From: Streptosporangiaceae bacterium
GTDB taxonomy: Bacteria > Actinomycetota > Actinomycetes > Streptosporangiales > Streptosporangiaceae
DNA length: 64,000 nt
Assembly: GCA_050013055.1 (NCBI GenBank)
Contig: JBEKGC010000014.1
Location: 195 to 64,194 of the forward strand
Direction: 5' to 3'
This document shows, one piece after another, positions 37,787 through 47,290 of this stretch. Both the position numbers and the translations under genes were made by a program. Every line of letters begins with the position of its first letter. Position 1 is the first letter of the stretch. The notes under the pieces were generated by a model. That model saw only the letters and a list, made by a program, of their open reading frames with translations, was not told the DNA's origin and did not search any database.

Positions 37787-38847
37787 CCGCATCCGCCCCC
37801 GACCAGGCGAACCTGCAGGCACTCGCCGAGCGGATGACCAATGACGTGGGCGCCGCCCTGGCTTGCGCCGTGGTCGTCATCGGCGATCGGCTCGGCCTGT
37901 ACCGGGCGCTGGCCGACATCGGCCCGGTTGACGCAGGTAAGCTCGCCAGCACGCTGGGCCTCTCCGCTCGCATGGTCGCCGAATGGCTGCTCAACCAGGC
38001 TGCCCACGGCTACATCAGCTACGACCCTGGCGACCGCGCCTACTACCTGAGCCCTGAGCAAGAGGCGCTGCTCGCCGACGAGTCAAGCTCGTCGTTTCTC
38101 GCTGGGGCCTTCCAGTTCGCCACCGCGATGATCAAGGCTGAGGAGCGGATCGAGGACACGTTCCGCACCGGTGCCGGGATGCGCTGGGGCGAGCACCACC
38201 CGGAGCTGTTCGACGGCCTGGCGCGGTTCTCCCGCCCGATCTACGCTCACCGGCTTGTCGACGTGTTCGTCCCCGCCGTGCCGGGCCTCGCCGAACGCTT
38301 GGCGGGGGGCGCGGTCGTCGCCGACATCGGACCCGGGCACGGATACTCGACCACGCTGCTCGCACGGCGGTTCCCCGCGTCGCGCTTCTACGGTTTCGAC
38401 AACCATCCCGCTTCTGTCGCGGCGGCGCAGCGGCTCGCCGTCGCCCAGGGGCTCGGCGACCGGGTCCGTTTCGAGGTCGCCGAGGCCACGTCGTTCCCGG
38501 ATCACGGGTACGACGTAATAACGTTCTTCAACTGCATGCACGACGTCGCGTTCGCCGACGTCAGCGCCCGGCACTGCCACGAGGTGCTCCATCCGGACGG
38601 TTACGTCTTCATGGTCGAGCCGATCGGCGGGGATGAGGTGGAGGACAACTTCACCCCGGGCGGCCGGCTGATGTCCGGGGCGTCCGTGCTGTGCTGCACC
38701 CCGCACGGCATGGTCGACGGCGGCTGCGCGCTCGGCACCGTCTTCGCCGACAGCCGGCTGCGCGAGATCATGCTCGGTGCCGGGTTCTCATCCTTTGACC
38801 GCGTCATGACCACCCCGTACAACCGCGTGTTCGCCGCCCGGCCCTAG
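37783..38847 (+). CDS. Class I SAM-dependent methyltransferase with an N-terminal winged-helix dimerisation domain
   Basis: 354 aa. Motif I is VADIGPGHGYST. The N-terminus LGLYRALADIGPVDAGKLASTLGLSARMVAEWL resembles O-methyltransferase dimerisation/HTH domains. Confidence 0.85.
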   Translation: MTASAPDQANLQALAERMTNDVGAALACAVVVIGDRLGLYRALADIGPVDAGKLASTLGLSARMVAEWLLNQAAHGYISYDPGDRAYYLSPEQEALLADESSSSFLAGAFQFATAMIKAEERIEDTFRTGAGMRWGEHHPELFDGLARFSRPIYAHRLVDVFVPAVPGLAERLAGGAVVADIGPGHGYSTTLLARRFPASRFYGFDNHPASVAAAQRLAVAQGLGDRVRFEVAEATSFPDHGYDVITFFNCMHDVAFADVSARHCHEVLHPDGYVFMVEPIGGDEVEDNFTPGGRLMSGASVLCCTPHGMVDGGCALGTVFADSRLREIMLGAGFSSFDRVMTTPYNRVFAARP

Positions 38848-38857
38848 GAGGGATCGC

Positions 38858-40117
38858 GTGCCACCACCCGCGGACGGGTACCGGCTGCGCCTCGCCCATG
38901 GCACCGCGCTGCTGCTCGGCGCGGTGCTCGGACCGGGGGTGCTCGCCTTGCCTCATCTGGCCGCCGCCGCGGCCGGGCCCGCGTCGGTGATCGCCTGGGC
39001 GATCCTGATCGTAGTGAGCGTCCCGGTGGCGGTCACGTTCGCGGCCCTCGGCGCTCGCTATCCGGATGGCGGGGGGGTCGCGTCGTTCGCGGCCCGCGCG
39101 TTCGGCCGCCGGACTGCCGCCGCGGTCGGCTGGTGGTTCTACGCCGCGGTACCCGTCGGGTCACTCGCGGCCGCCACGATCGGCGCCCAGTACGTCACCG
39201 GCGGCCTCGGCGGCGGCAGCGTACCCGTGGTGGCGTGCCTGCTGCTCGGCTCCGCGTTCGCGGTCAACTATGCGGGCCTGCGGGTGTCCGGGTCGCTGCA
39301 AGTCGCCCTCGCCGGGCTGCTCACGGCGATGCTGGTGACCGCGGTCGCTGTCGCCGCCCCCGACACCCGGATCAGCAATTTCGCGCCGCTGCTGCCGCAC
39401 GGGACCTCCGGGATCGGGGCCGCGATCGGAGTGCTGATGTTCGCGTTCGTCGGCTGGGAGGCGGTGAGCTCCCTGTCGGCGGACTTCGCCGACCCGGTCC
39501 GGCATCTGCCCCGTGCCACCGCCGTCACCCTTGTCGTGGTCGGCCTCCTCTACTTCGGGGTCGCGGTGGTGACGATCGGGGTCCTCGGCGGCGCCGCCGG
39601 GCACTCTCCGGTACCGCTCACATTGCTACTGGAGCGAGGGATAGGGCCGACGGCCAGCCGGGTGACGGCGACCGGGGCGGCGCTGCTCACGTTGGGGGTT
39701 ATCAACACGTACCTGGCGGGAAGCGCCCGGCTTGGCGCGGCCATGGCCCGCGACGGGATGCTCCCCCGGTTCCTGTCCCGGGGCGGCGCACCAGGGCAGG
39801 TACCTAGGCGCAGTCTCACCGTGCAGGCGGCGATCGCGGGGTTGCTCACCGCGGTGTCGCTGGCCCGGCCGATCCCGCTGGACGCGCTGATGCGGGCCAC
39901 CTCAGCGTGCCTAGCGGCGGTCACCGTGGTCGGTCTCGCCGCGGCGGTACGGCTGCTGCCCCAGCGCGGATGGGGGCATCGCGGCGCGGTGGCGGCGATT
40001 ACGTTCACCGCCGCCACGCTCGCCACCTGCGGGGCGTTTCTCTTGATGCCCGTCCTGCTCGGTCTCGCCGCCGCAGGCTACGGTGCCCGTGCCCGCCCGG
40101 TGGTGGCTGACTCCTGA
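38858..40117 (+). CDS. APC-superfamily amino acid/polyamine permease
   Basis: 419 aa with a GTG start and about 12 TM helices. The typical N-terminal block is ...LGAVLGPGVLALP...AALGARYPDGGGVASF. Confidence 0.85.
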   Translation: MPPPADGYRLRLAHGTALLLGAVLGPGVLALPHLAAAAAGPASVIAWAILIVVSVPVAVTFAALGARYPDGGGVASFAARAFGRRTAAAVGWWFYAAVPVGSLAAATIGAQYVTGGLGGGSVPVVACLLLGSAFAVNYAGLRVSGSLQVALAGLLTAMLVTAVAVAAPDTRISNFAPLLPHGTSGIGAAIGVLMFAFVGWEAVSSLSADFADPVRHLPRATAVTLVVVGLLYFGVAVVTIGVLGGAAGHSPVPLTLLLERGIGPTASRVTATGAALLTLGVINTYLAGSARLGAAMARDGMLPRFLSRGGAPGQVPRRSLTVQAAIAGLLTAVSLARPIPLDALMRATSACLAAVTVVGLAAAVRLLPQRGWGHRGAVAAITFTAATLATCGAFLLMPVLLGLAAAGYGARARPVVADS

Positions 40118-40128
40118 CCGCGCTGCCG

Positions 40129-40569
40129 TCAGTGGACGGCGCCCTTCAGGTAATCGAGCAGCTCGAAGATCCTGTCCTGATTCGACAGTAGCTGCGCCTG
40201 GTTGCCGAGCAACTGAGCCTGGTTCGACTCGATCGTCGCCTGGTTGGCCAGCAGCCGGTCGAATTTTCCCTGGTTGCTCAGGATGTGCTCCTGATTGGCC
40301 AGCAGCACGGCCTGATTGCCGACGACCTTGTCAAGCTTCTCCTGGTTGCCCAGGATGCGCCCCTGGTTCGCCTCGATGGCCCCTTGGCCGGCCAGAACCT
40401 TGTCGAGCTTCTCCTGGTTGCTCTTTATCGTTGCCTGATTCACCAAAATCGTGCCCTGGTTGGAGACCACGGTGTCGAGCTTCCCCTGGTTACGCAAGAT
40501 CGTTCCCTGGTTCGCCAGGATCTTCTCCTGGTTCCTGACGACAACCGTTTCTTCAGTGTTCAAGGTCAT
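40129..40569 (-). CDS. NQ-heptad repeat protein (unknown family)
   Basis: 146 aa with GGAG 7 nt upstream of the ATG and high GC3 in this frame. There are 17 (N/G)Q units spaced 7,7,10 residues apart. I recognise no family. Confidence 0.75.
   Translation of the reverse strand: MTLNTEETVVVRNQEKILANQGTILRNQGKLDTVVSNQGTILVNQATIKSNQEKLDKVLAGQGAIEANQGRILGNQEKLDKVVGNQAVLLANQEHILSNQGKFDRLLANQATIESNQAQLLGNQAQLLSNQDRIFELLDYLKGAVH
40162..40533 (-). repeat. Imperfect tandem coding repeat (21/21/30 nt, giving a 72-nt super-unit, about 4.6 copies)
   Basis: The protein-level super-repeat is NQxxILx-NQxxIxx-NQxKLDxVxx. It appears as NQEKILANQGTILRNQGKLDTVVS, NQGTILVNQATIKSNQEKLDKVLA, GQGAIEANQGRILGNQEKLDKVVG, NQAVLLANQEHILSNQGKFDRLLA and NQATIESNQAQLLGNQAQLLS. 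Confidence 0.8.
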
Positions 40570-41437
40570 GACTTACTCCTCTAAGGACCCCCCCTTGGAC
40601 AAAATGCGGCCAGGGCCAGGCGGCCCCGTCCACGTGATGCACGGCCGAGGCGCGATCTGGCTGGCCGACTGCCGCCAGACTGCTCCTGTTACCCAGCGCC
40701 TGCCAGAGAAGTTGGTCCCGTCCGGCCAGGACGCTGGTCCCTCAGCGGTCAGGAACCAGCGAAGCTCGCCGGTCGGCAAGGCCGGAGAAGGCATACGCCA
40801 CTCCTCGCCTTCAGCCTGTTAGATGCGAGGGGTGCGGGAGTCCTTGGCCGTCCCCCGCTCAGCGCCCACGACCCGCCGGGTAAATTAGCCGCTCACCTTT
40901 GCCGCCCATGATAAGCAGAATTGCGGCGAATCCCAGATCATCAGGCTGAGGCCCATCGGCAGGCACCGCGCTTCTCTTCATTTCCGTTATCTCGGTACCT
41001 GGGATTTACGGATGGGCACTCACGAAGAAGAACGTCCTAGATCAGCCACCTGATACTACTTATCAATTGGATACACCTCCAATCACTAAATGACCGTATC
41101 GGCGCGGGCAGCTGGAACGGGCAGGTGCGATGCACACCTGCTACCGGGTTCCGCCCTGTCGATTTGTAACCAGGAGGGAATGCCCACCGATGGCAGCGAC
41201 TCGAACGAGGATGATCCGCAAACGGCTGACCGCGTCGGATACCGCAGCGGCCTCGTTCGCTGCGAGCCTCGAGGAAAAGGGCCTTGACGGGCTAGATCTG
41301 ATGTCCGCTGGAGAGGAGAAAACGGTGATTTCTGACATGCGCCATGGTGCGATGTCACGCCACCTATGCAGTATCTGCAATGCAGCGGCTGACCAGCCGT
41401 CGCAGCTGGATCGAGACGAAGCAGGGCAGGTGCGGGC

Positions 41438-44400
41438 ATGACTGGCACACGGATCGCTGTCGTCGGCGTCGCCCTGCGCTACCCCGATGCCGAGACCCCA
41501 GAGGACCTCTGGCGCAACGTCCTGGCCGGCCGCCGGGCCTTCCGGAACGTGCCCGACGAGCGGATGCGGATGGAAGACTACTACTCGGCCGATCCCACCG
41601 CACCGGACCGGCACTACACCCGCAAGGCCGCGGTGCTTGAAGGCTTTGAGTTCGACCGGGTGAAATACCGGATCGGCGGGAGCACCTTCCGTTCCACGGA
41701 CATGACCCACTGGCTGGCCCTGGACACCGTGGCCCGGGCGCTGGCGGATGCCGGCTTCGCCGACGGCGAAGGACTGCCGAAGACCAACACCGGCGTCGTC
41801 ATCGGCAACACCCTGACCGGAGAGTTCAGCCGGGCCAACCTCATGCGGCTGCGCTGGCCGTACGTCCGGCGTACGGTCGGGGCGGCGCTGCGCGAGCAAG
41901 GCTGGGACGACCAGCAGCTCGGCGTCTTCCTCGACCGGCTCGAGGAGCGCTACAAGACCCCGTTCCCGCCGATCGACGAAGACACCCTGGCGGGCGGCCT
42001 GGCGAACACGATCGCGGGCCGGATCTGCAACTACTTCGATTTCGGCGGCGGCGGCTTTACCGTGGACGGCGCCTGCTCATCCTCGCTGCTTTCTGTGGCC
42101 ACCGCGTGCAACGCGCTGACCGCCGGGCAGATCGACGCGGCCATAGCCGGCGGCGTTGATCTGTCCATCGACCCCTTCGAGGTGGTGGGCTTCGCCAAGA
42201 CCGGGGCGCTGGCGAAGAAGGAAATGAAGGTGTACGACCGCGACTCGCAGGGCTTCTGGCCGGGCGAGGGCTGCGGCATTCTCGTGCTCATGCGGGACGA
42301 AGACGCCCTGGATATGGGCAAGTCCCGGTATGCGACCATCGCCGGCTGGGGTTACTCCTCGGACGGCAAGGGCGGCCTGACCCGGCCGGAGGCCGACGGG
42401 CACCGGCGGGCGATCAAGAACGCCTATGAGCAGGCCGGGTTTGGCTTCGAGACCATCTCTTACCTGGAAGGCCACGGCACGGGCACGGCGGTGGGCGATG
42501 CCACCGAGCTGACCGCCTTCTCCGAAGCGCGCCGGGCCGCGGCCGGCCCGGCGGCACCGCCGATACCGATCGGCACCGTGAAGGGGAACTTCGGGCACAC
42601 CAAGGGCGCCGCCGGTGTGGCCGGCCTGATCAAGGCCATCCTTGCGGTCAAGCACCAGATCATCCCGCCGGCCACCAGCCACCACGAGACTCACCCCGTG
42701 CTGGCGGGCGACCGGCCCGCGCTGCGGGTGCCCGCCACCGCTGAGCTGTTCCCCGAGGGCAGACCGGTCCGCGCGGCCGTCTCGTCCATGGGGTTCGGCG
42801 GCATCAACGCGCACGTGGTCGTCGAGCACGCCGACGGTACCGCCCCCCACCGCATCGACCAGGCCACCCGGAACCTGGTGCGCTCGCGCCAGGATGCGGA
42901 GCTGCTGCTGCTTGACGCGGCCGGCATGGCCGAGCTGCGCGGCCAGGTCGCGCAGCTGGCGGCCCTGGCACCGCAGATGTCCTTCGCGGAACTCGGCGAC
43001 ATGGCGGCATCGCTGGCCGGCTCGCTGGACAACAGGCCAATCCGGGCCGCGGTCGTGGCCCGGTCCCCCGAGGAGGCCGAACAGCGCCTGGCCAAGCTCC
43101 TGAACATGCTCGACAACGGGGCGCGCTCGGTGCTCAACACGGCGGACGGCGTGTACGTCGGCAACGCCGGGGTGCCGCCGCGCATCGCCTTCCTGTTCCC
43201 CGGCCAGGGCGCGGGGCGGCGCGGCGACGGCGGCGCGCTGCGGCGGCGGTTCGCGGAACTCGACGTGCTGTACCAGAAGCAGAGCCTGCCCACCGACGGC
43301 GACCTGGTCGCCACCGCGGTGGCCCAGCCGCGCATCGTGACCGCCTCCGTAGCCGGCCTGCGGGTGCTCTCGGCCCTCGGCATCGAGGCGGTGACCGCGG
43401 CGGGCCATAGCCTCGGTGAGCTGACCGCGCTGCACTGGGCCGGCGCGATGGACGAGGAGACGCTGCTGCGCGCGGCCGCCACCAGGGGCGCCGTGATGGC
43501 CGAGGCCAGTGACGGCGGCGGCACGATGGCCGGCATCGCGGCGGCGCCCGAGGAGGTCACGCCGCTGCTGGCGGGCGAGCCTGTGGTCATCGCCGGCTAC
43601 AACAGCCCCACCCAGACCGTGATCAGCGGACCCGTGGACGCGGTCGACCGCGTGTCGGCTCTCGCGCAGGCTCGCGGGCTCGGCGCGGGCAGGATCAACG
43701 TCTCGCATGCCTTCCACTCCGCGGCCGTGGCGCCCGCCGCCACCGCCTTCCGCGCCTACCTCGAAGACCAGCAATTCACGCCGCTGGAGCGCACCATGGT
43801 GTCGACGGTCACCGGGGAGCACCTGCCGCCGACCACCGACGTGCCGGAACTGCTCGCCCGGCAGGTGCTTGACCCGGTCAGGTTTAGCGACGCGGTGCAG
43901 GTCATGGCGACCGAGGCGGACCTGTTCATCGAGGTGGGCCCCGGACGCATACTCCGCAGCCTGGCCGCCGAGACGGTTGCGGCCGTCCCGGCGATCTCGA
44001 TCGAGTCGGACAGCGACTCGCTGGCCGGCCTGCTGAACGCGGTCGGCGCCGCGTACACGCTCGGCGCCCCGGTGCAGTACGACGTGCTGTTCCAGGACCG
44101 TTACACCCGGCCATTCCCGCTGGACAAGGAGTTCAAGTTCCTGGCCAGCCCGTGCGAGTCCGCGCCGGAGGGCGACTTCGCCACCAGCGGGCCAGGTGCG
44201 CTGGCCGGATCCGCCGGGCCGGACGCCCCGGCCGCCGCCGCCGCGCAGCCCGCCGGGGGCGAACCCCTCGACAGCCTTGAGGTGCTCCGCAAGCTCGCGG
44301 CCGAGCGGGCCGAGCTACCCCTGGAGGCGGTCCAGTCGACCAGCAACCCGATCGACGAGCTGCACCTGAGCTCGATCACCGTCGGGCAGATCGTCAACCA

Positions 44401-47290
44401 GGCGGCCCGCGATCTGGGCCTGCCGGGCGTGGTCACCACCTCAGCGTTCGCCACCTCCACCCTGGCCGAAATCGCGCAGATGCTCGATGAGCTCGGCCAG
44501 ACCGCGCAGCCCGACGAGGCGGGCAAGGACACCGTTCCCGGTGTCGGGCCGTGGGTGCGCGCGTTTGACGTGAGCCTCGTGCCGGCCGACCCCGGCTCGC
44601 CCGCCGGCCCGGCCGGGGCCGGCCGCTGGGAACTGCTCGCACCATCACCGCACCCGCTCGCCCAGCCTCTTCTTGACGGGCTGCGGCAGGCGGACCTCGG
44701 GGACGGCGTGCTGCTCTGCCTGCCCCGCCACGCGGACGTGGAGCATATCCCGCTCATGATCGACGCCGCGCGCGCCGCGCTCTCGGTGACCGGTGACGTG
44801 CGGTTCGTCGCAGTCGGCGGCCGCAAGGGCGCCGCGGGCCTGGCCAAAACCCTGCACCTGGAGGCACCGAACGTCGCGACCACCCTGGTGATCCTGCCGG
44901 TGCCAGAGGACCCGACGCAGCAGCAGGTCCAGGAGATAGTGGCCCGCATCACCGCCGACGTCGCCGCGACCGACGGCTTCAGCGAGGTTCATTACGACTC
45001 AGCCGGCACGCGGACCGTTCCGATCCTGCGGCCGCTTCCCCGGGCCAGCCGGGCGAGCATTACCGGCGTCGGCGGTGCCCTGACCGAAGCTGACGTGCTG
45101 CTGGTGACCGGCGGCGGCAAGGGCATCACGGCCGAGTGCGCACTCACGCTCGGCCGTGAATCAGGCGCCGCCATCGGGATCTTGGGCCGCTCGGCCCCGT
45201 CGGCGGACGCCGAGCTCGCGGCCAACCTGGAACGGCTGCAGAAGGCCTCGGTGAAGTTTCACTACGCCCAGGCGGACGTGACCGCACCGGACCAGGTCAA
45301 GGCCGCCGTCGACGAGATTCAGCGGACGCTCGGAGCTGTCACCGCGGTGCTGCACGGGTCGGGACGCAACGAACCGCAGGCGCTCACCAACCTCGACGAG
45401 TCCTCGTTCCGGCGCACGGTCGCACCGAAGATCACCGGCCTCGAGAACGTGCTGGCCGCAACCGACCCTGGCGCGCTGAAGCTGCTGATCACCTTTGGCA
45501 GCATCATCGGCCGCGCGGGCCTGCGCGGCGAGGCAGACTACTCCACCGCCAACGACTGGCTCACCGACCTGACCAAGCAGACACGAGAGCAGAATCCCGG
45601 CTGCCGGTGCCTCGCGCTCGAATGGTCAGTATGGGCCGGCGCGGGCATGGGCGAGCGGCTCGGGGTCCTCGAAGCACTCATCCGCGAGGGAATCGCGCCC
45701 ATCCCGCTGCAGGACGGCATCGACATCCTCGTCGAACTGCTCGCCGATCCGACGACACCGGACGCCGTGGTCATCATGGGCCGCGCGGAAGGCCTGCCGA
45801 CCATCACGCTGGAGCAGCGCGAGCTGCCGCTGACCCGCTTCATCGAACGGCCCCAGGTGCACTACGCGGGCGTGGAACTCGTGGTCGACGCGGAGCTGAC
45901 GGCCGAGTCCGACCCGTATCTCAGCGACCACCTGCTCGACGGCGACCTGCTGTTCCCTGCCGTGATCGGCATGGAGGCCATGACCCAGGCCGCGGCCGCC
46001 GTCACCGGCCAGGAAGCGGCGCCGACGCTGGAGGACGTCGAGTTCCTGCGGCCGATCGTCGTCCCGGTCCGGGGCAGCTCCACCATCCGGATCGCGGTGC
46101 TGGCGGAGAACCCGGACACGGTGCATGCCGTCATCCGCAGCAGCGACACAGGATTCCAGGCCGATCATTTCCGGGCCACGCTGAGGTACTCGGGCCCGCG
46201 GCCGCAAGGACAGGTGCCGGAAATGGCGGACCAGTCCAGGCCAAGGGTCCCGGTGGATCCGGCCGCCGAGTTGTACGGCAGCGTCCTGTTCCAGGGTGGC
46301 CGGTTCCGCCGGCTGCTCGGCTACAGAAAACTGGCCGCCAGGGAATGCGTGGCGGAAATCTCCAACGTTCCCGGCGACGGCTGGTTCGGCGACTTCCTGC
46401 CACCGGACCTGGTGCTGGCGGATCCGGGTACGCGGGATGCCCTCATGCACTCGATCCAGTGCTGTGTGCCCGATGCCACCCTGCTGCCGGCCGGCATCGA
46501 ACAGCTTCACCTGACCGACCCCGGGCGCGCGGCGGACCTGGGCCAGGTGACCCTGCATGCTCGTGAGCGGTCCCGCGACGGCGATACCTACCTGTACGAC
46601 CTCGATATCTACGATCCGGCTGGCTCCGTGATCGAGCAATGGCGAGGCCTGCGCCTCCAGGCGGTACGCAAGGAGGACGGCTCGGGCCCGTGGGTTCCCG
46701 CGCTGCTCGGGCCGTATCTGGAACGCAACGTCGAACCAGCGCTCGGCGGCGGCCTGGCCACGGCCATCTACCCCGACGACGGGCCCCTGGACGGAACGGA
46801 ATCCAGGCGCCGCCAGACGGCGACGGTCCTCAGCGGGGCCCTGGGCCGGGTGGCCGAGGTCACCTACCGCCCGGACGGCAGGCCGCTGGTGGAAGGCATT
46901 CAGGTCACGGCGTCACACGGCGCGAGCGTCACCTTTGCGGTGGCGAGCCAGCGGCAGGTCAGCTGTGATGTCGAGCTGGCTGCGGACCGGCCGGAGGACG
47001 ACTGGGCCAGCCTGCTTGGCGCCGACGGGCTGGAGCTGGCCCGGCTGATCGCATCCGGGCGGGGCGAGAGCCTGTCGGTCGCGGCGACACGAGTATGGGG
47101 CGCCATCGAATGCCTGCGCAAGACCGGTCACGCCATCGTGACGCTGGTGGACGCGTCCGGGCCGGAGGCGGGCCGGTGGGTCGTGCTGAGCAGCGGCAGC
47201 GCCCGGATCGCCTCCTTCGCGACGCGCCTCAACGAAACCTCAGAACCGGTGGTCTTCACCATGCTTGCGGAAGGCGACGAGGTCAAGTGA
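41438..47290 (+). CDS. pksE: Enediyne-type iterative type I polyketide synthase PKSE (KS-AT-ACP-KR-DH-PPTase)
   Basis: 1950 aa. Domain markers: KS active-site Cys213 in VDGACSSSL (42074-42076); AT Ser658 in GHSLGE (43409-43411); ACP LHLSSI with Ser978/979 (about 44369-44374); KR Rossmann TGGGKG at aa 1224-1229 (45107-45124); DH His1498 in DHLLDGDLLFP (45929-45931); C-terminal Sfp-like PPTase region with CDVE (Asp1844) and WGAIECLRK. The residue numbering is almost identical to that of characterised PKSEs as I recall them (Cys about 211, Ser about 659). Confidence 0.95.
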   Translation: MTGTRIAVVGVALRYPDAETPEDLWRNVLAGRRAFRNVPDERMRMEDYYSADPTAPDRHYTRKAAVLEGFEFDRVKYRIGGSTFRSTDMTHWLALDTVARALADAGFADGEGLPKTNTGVVIGNTLTGEFSRANLMRLRWPYVRRTVGAALREQGWDDQQLGVFLDRLEERYKTPFPPIDEDTLAGGLANTIAGRICNYFDFGGGGFTVDGACSSSLLSVATACNALTAGQIDAAIAGGVDLSIDPFEVVGFAKTGALAKKEMKVYDRDSQGFWPGEGCGILVLMRDEDALDMGKSRYATIAGWGYSSDGKGGLTRPEADGHRRAIKNAYEQAGFGFETISYLEGHGTGTAVGDATELTAFSEARRAAAGPAAPPIPIGTVKGNFGHTKGAAGVAGLIKAILAVKHQIIPPATSHHETHPVLAGDRPALRVPATAELFPEGRPVRAAVSSMGFGGINAHVVVEHADGTAPHRIDQATRNLVRSRQDAELLLLDAAGMAELRGQVAQLAALAPQMSFAELGDMAASLAGSLDNRPIRAAVVARSPEEAEQRLAKLLNMLDNGARSVLNTADGVYVGNAGVPPRIAFLFPGQGAGRRGDGGALRRRFAELDVLYQKQSLPTDGDLVATAVAQPRIVTASVAGLRVLSALGIEAVTAAGHSLGELTALHWAGAMDEETLLRAAATRGAVMAEASDGGGTMAGIAAAPEEVTPLLAGEPVVIAGYNSPTQTVISGPVDAVDRVSALAQARGLGAGRINVSHAFHSAAVAPAATAFRAYLEDQQFTPLERTMVSTVTGEHLPPTTDVPELLARQVLDPVRFSDAVQVMATEADLFIEVGPGRILRSLAAETVAAVPAISIESDSDSLAGLLNAVGAAYTLGAPVQYDVLFQDRYTRPFPLDKEFKFLASPCESAPEGDFATSGPGALAGSAGPDAPAAAAAQPAGGEPLDSLEVLRKLAAERAELPLEAVQSTSNPIDELHLSSITVGQIVNQAARDLGLPGVVTTSAFATSTLAEIAQMLDELGQTAQPDEAGKDTVPGVGPWVRAFDVSLVPADPGSPAGPAGAGRWELLAPSPHPLAQPLLDGLRQADLGDGVLLCLPRHADVEHIPLMIDAARAALSVTGDVRFVAVGGRKGAAGLAKTLHLEAPNVATTLVILPVPEDPTQQQVQEIVARITADVAATDGFSEVHYDSAGTRTVPILRPLPRASRASITGVGGALTEADVLLVTGGGKGITAECALTLGRESGAAIGILGRSAPSADAELAANLERLQKASVKFHYAQADVTAPDQVKAAVDEIQRTLGAVTAVLHGSGRNEPQALTNLDESSFRRTVAPKITGLENVLAATDPGALKLLITFGSIIGRAGLRGEADYSTANDWLTDLTKQTREQNPGCRCLALEWSVWAGAGMGERLGVLEALIREGIAPIPLQDGIDILVELLADPTTPDAVVIMGRAEGLPTITLEQRELPLTRFIERPQVHYAGVELVVDAELTAESDPYLSDHLLDGDLLFPAVIGMEAMTQAAAAVTGQEAAPTLEDVEFLRPIVVPVRGSSTIRIAVLAENPDTVHAVIRSSDTGFQADHFRATLRYSGPRPQGQVPEMADQSRPRVPVDPAAELYGSVLFQGGRFRRLLGYRKLAARECVAEISNVPGDGWFGDFLPPDLVLADPGTRDALMHSIQCCVPDATLLPAGIEQLHLTDPGRAADLGQVTLHARERSRDGDTYLYDLDIYDPAGSVIEQWRGLRLQAVRKEDGSGPWVPALLGPYLERNVEPALGGGLATAIYPDDGPLDGTESRRRQTATVLSGALGRVAEVTYRPDGRPLVEGIQVTASHGASVTFAVASQRQVSCDVELAADRPEDDWASLLGADGLELARLIASGRGESLSVAATRVWGAIECLRKTGHAIVTLVDASGPEAGRWVVLSSGSARIASFATRLNETSEPVVFTMLAEGDEVK

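Noticed and set aside
40083-40538. 151-aa plus-strand Pro/Gly/Cys-rich repeat ORF, and possible CRISPR-like periodicity at 40.16-40.53 kb
   Set aside because: The periodicity is the antisense image of the NQ-heptad coding repeat. The minus frame has the RBS, high GC3 and a coherent heptad pattern. The units are 21/30 nt with no unique spacers, so this is not a CRISPR array.
40129-40569. NQ-repeat protein as an enediyne apoprotein (CagA/NcsA-like)
   Set aside because: Chromoprotein apoproteins are secreted beta-sandwich proteins with a signal peptide and conserved Cys pairs. This protein has no signal peptide, no Cys and a purely repetitive helical-type sequence.
42077-43822. 581-aa minus-strand ORF and several other long ORFs inside 41438-47290
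   Set aside because: They are antisense or off-frame shadows of the PKSE gene, which has intact catalytic motifs in its own frame.
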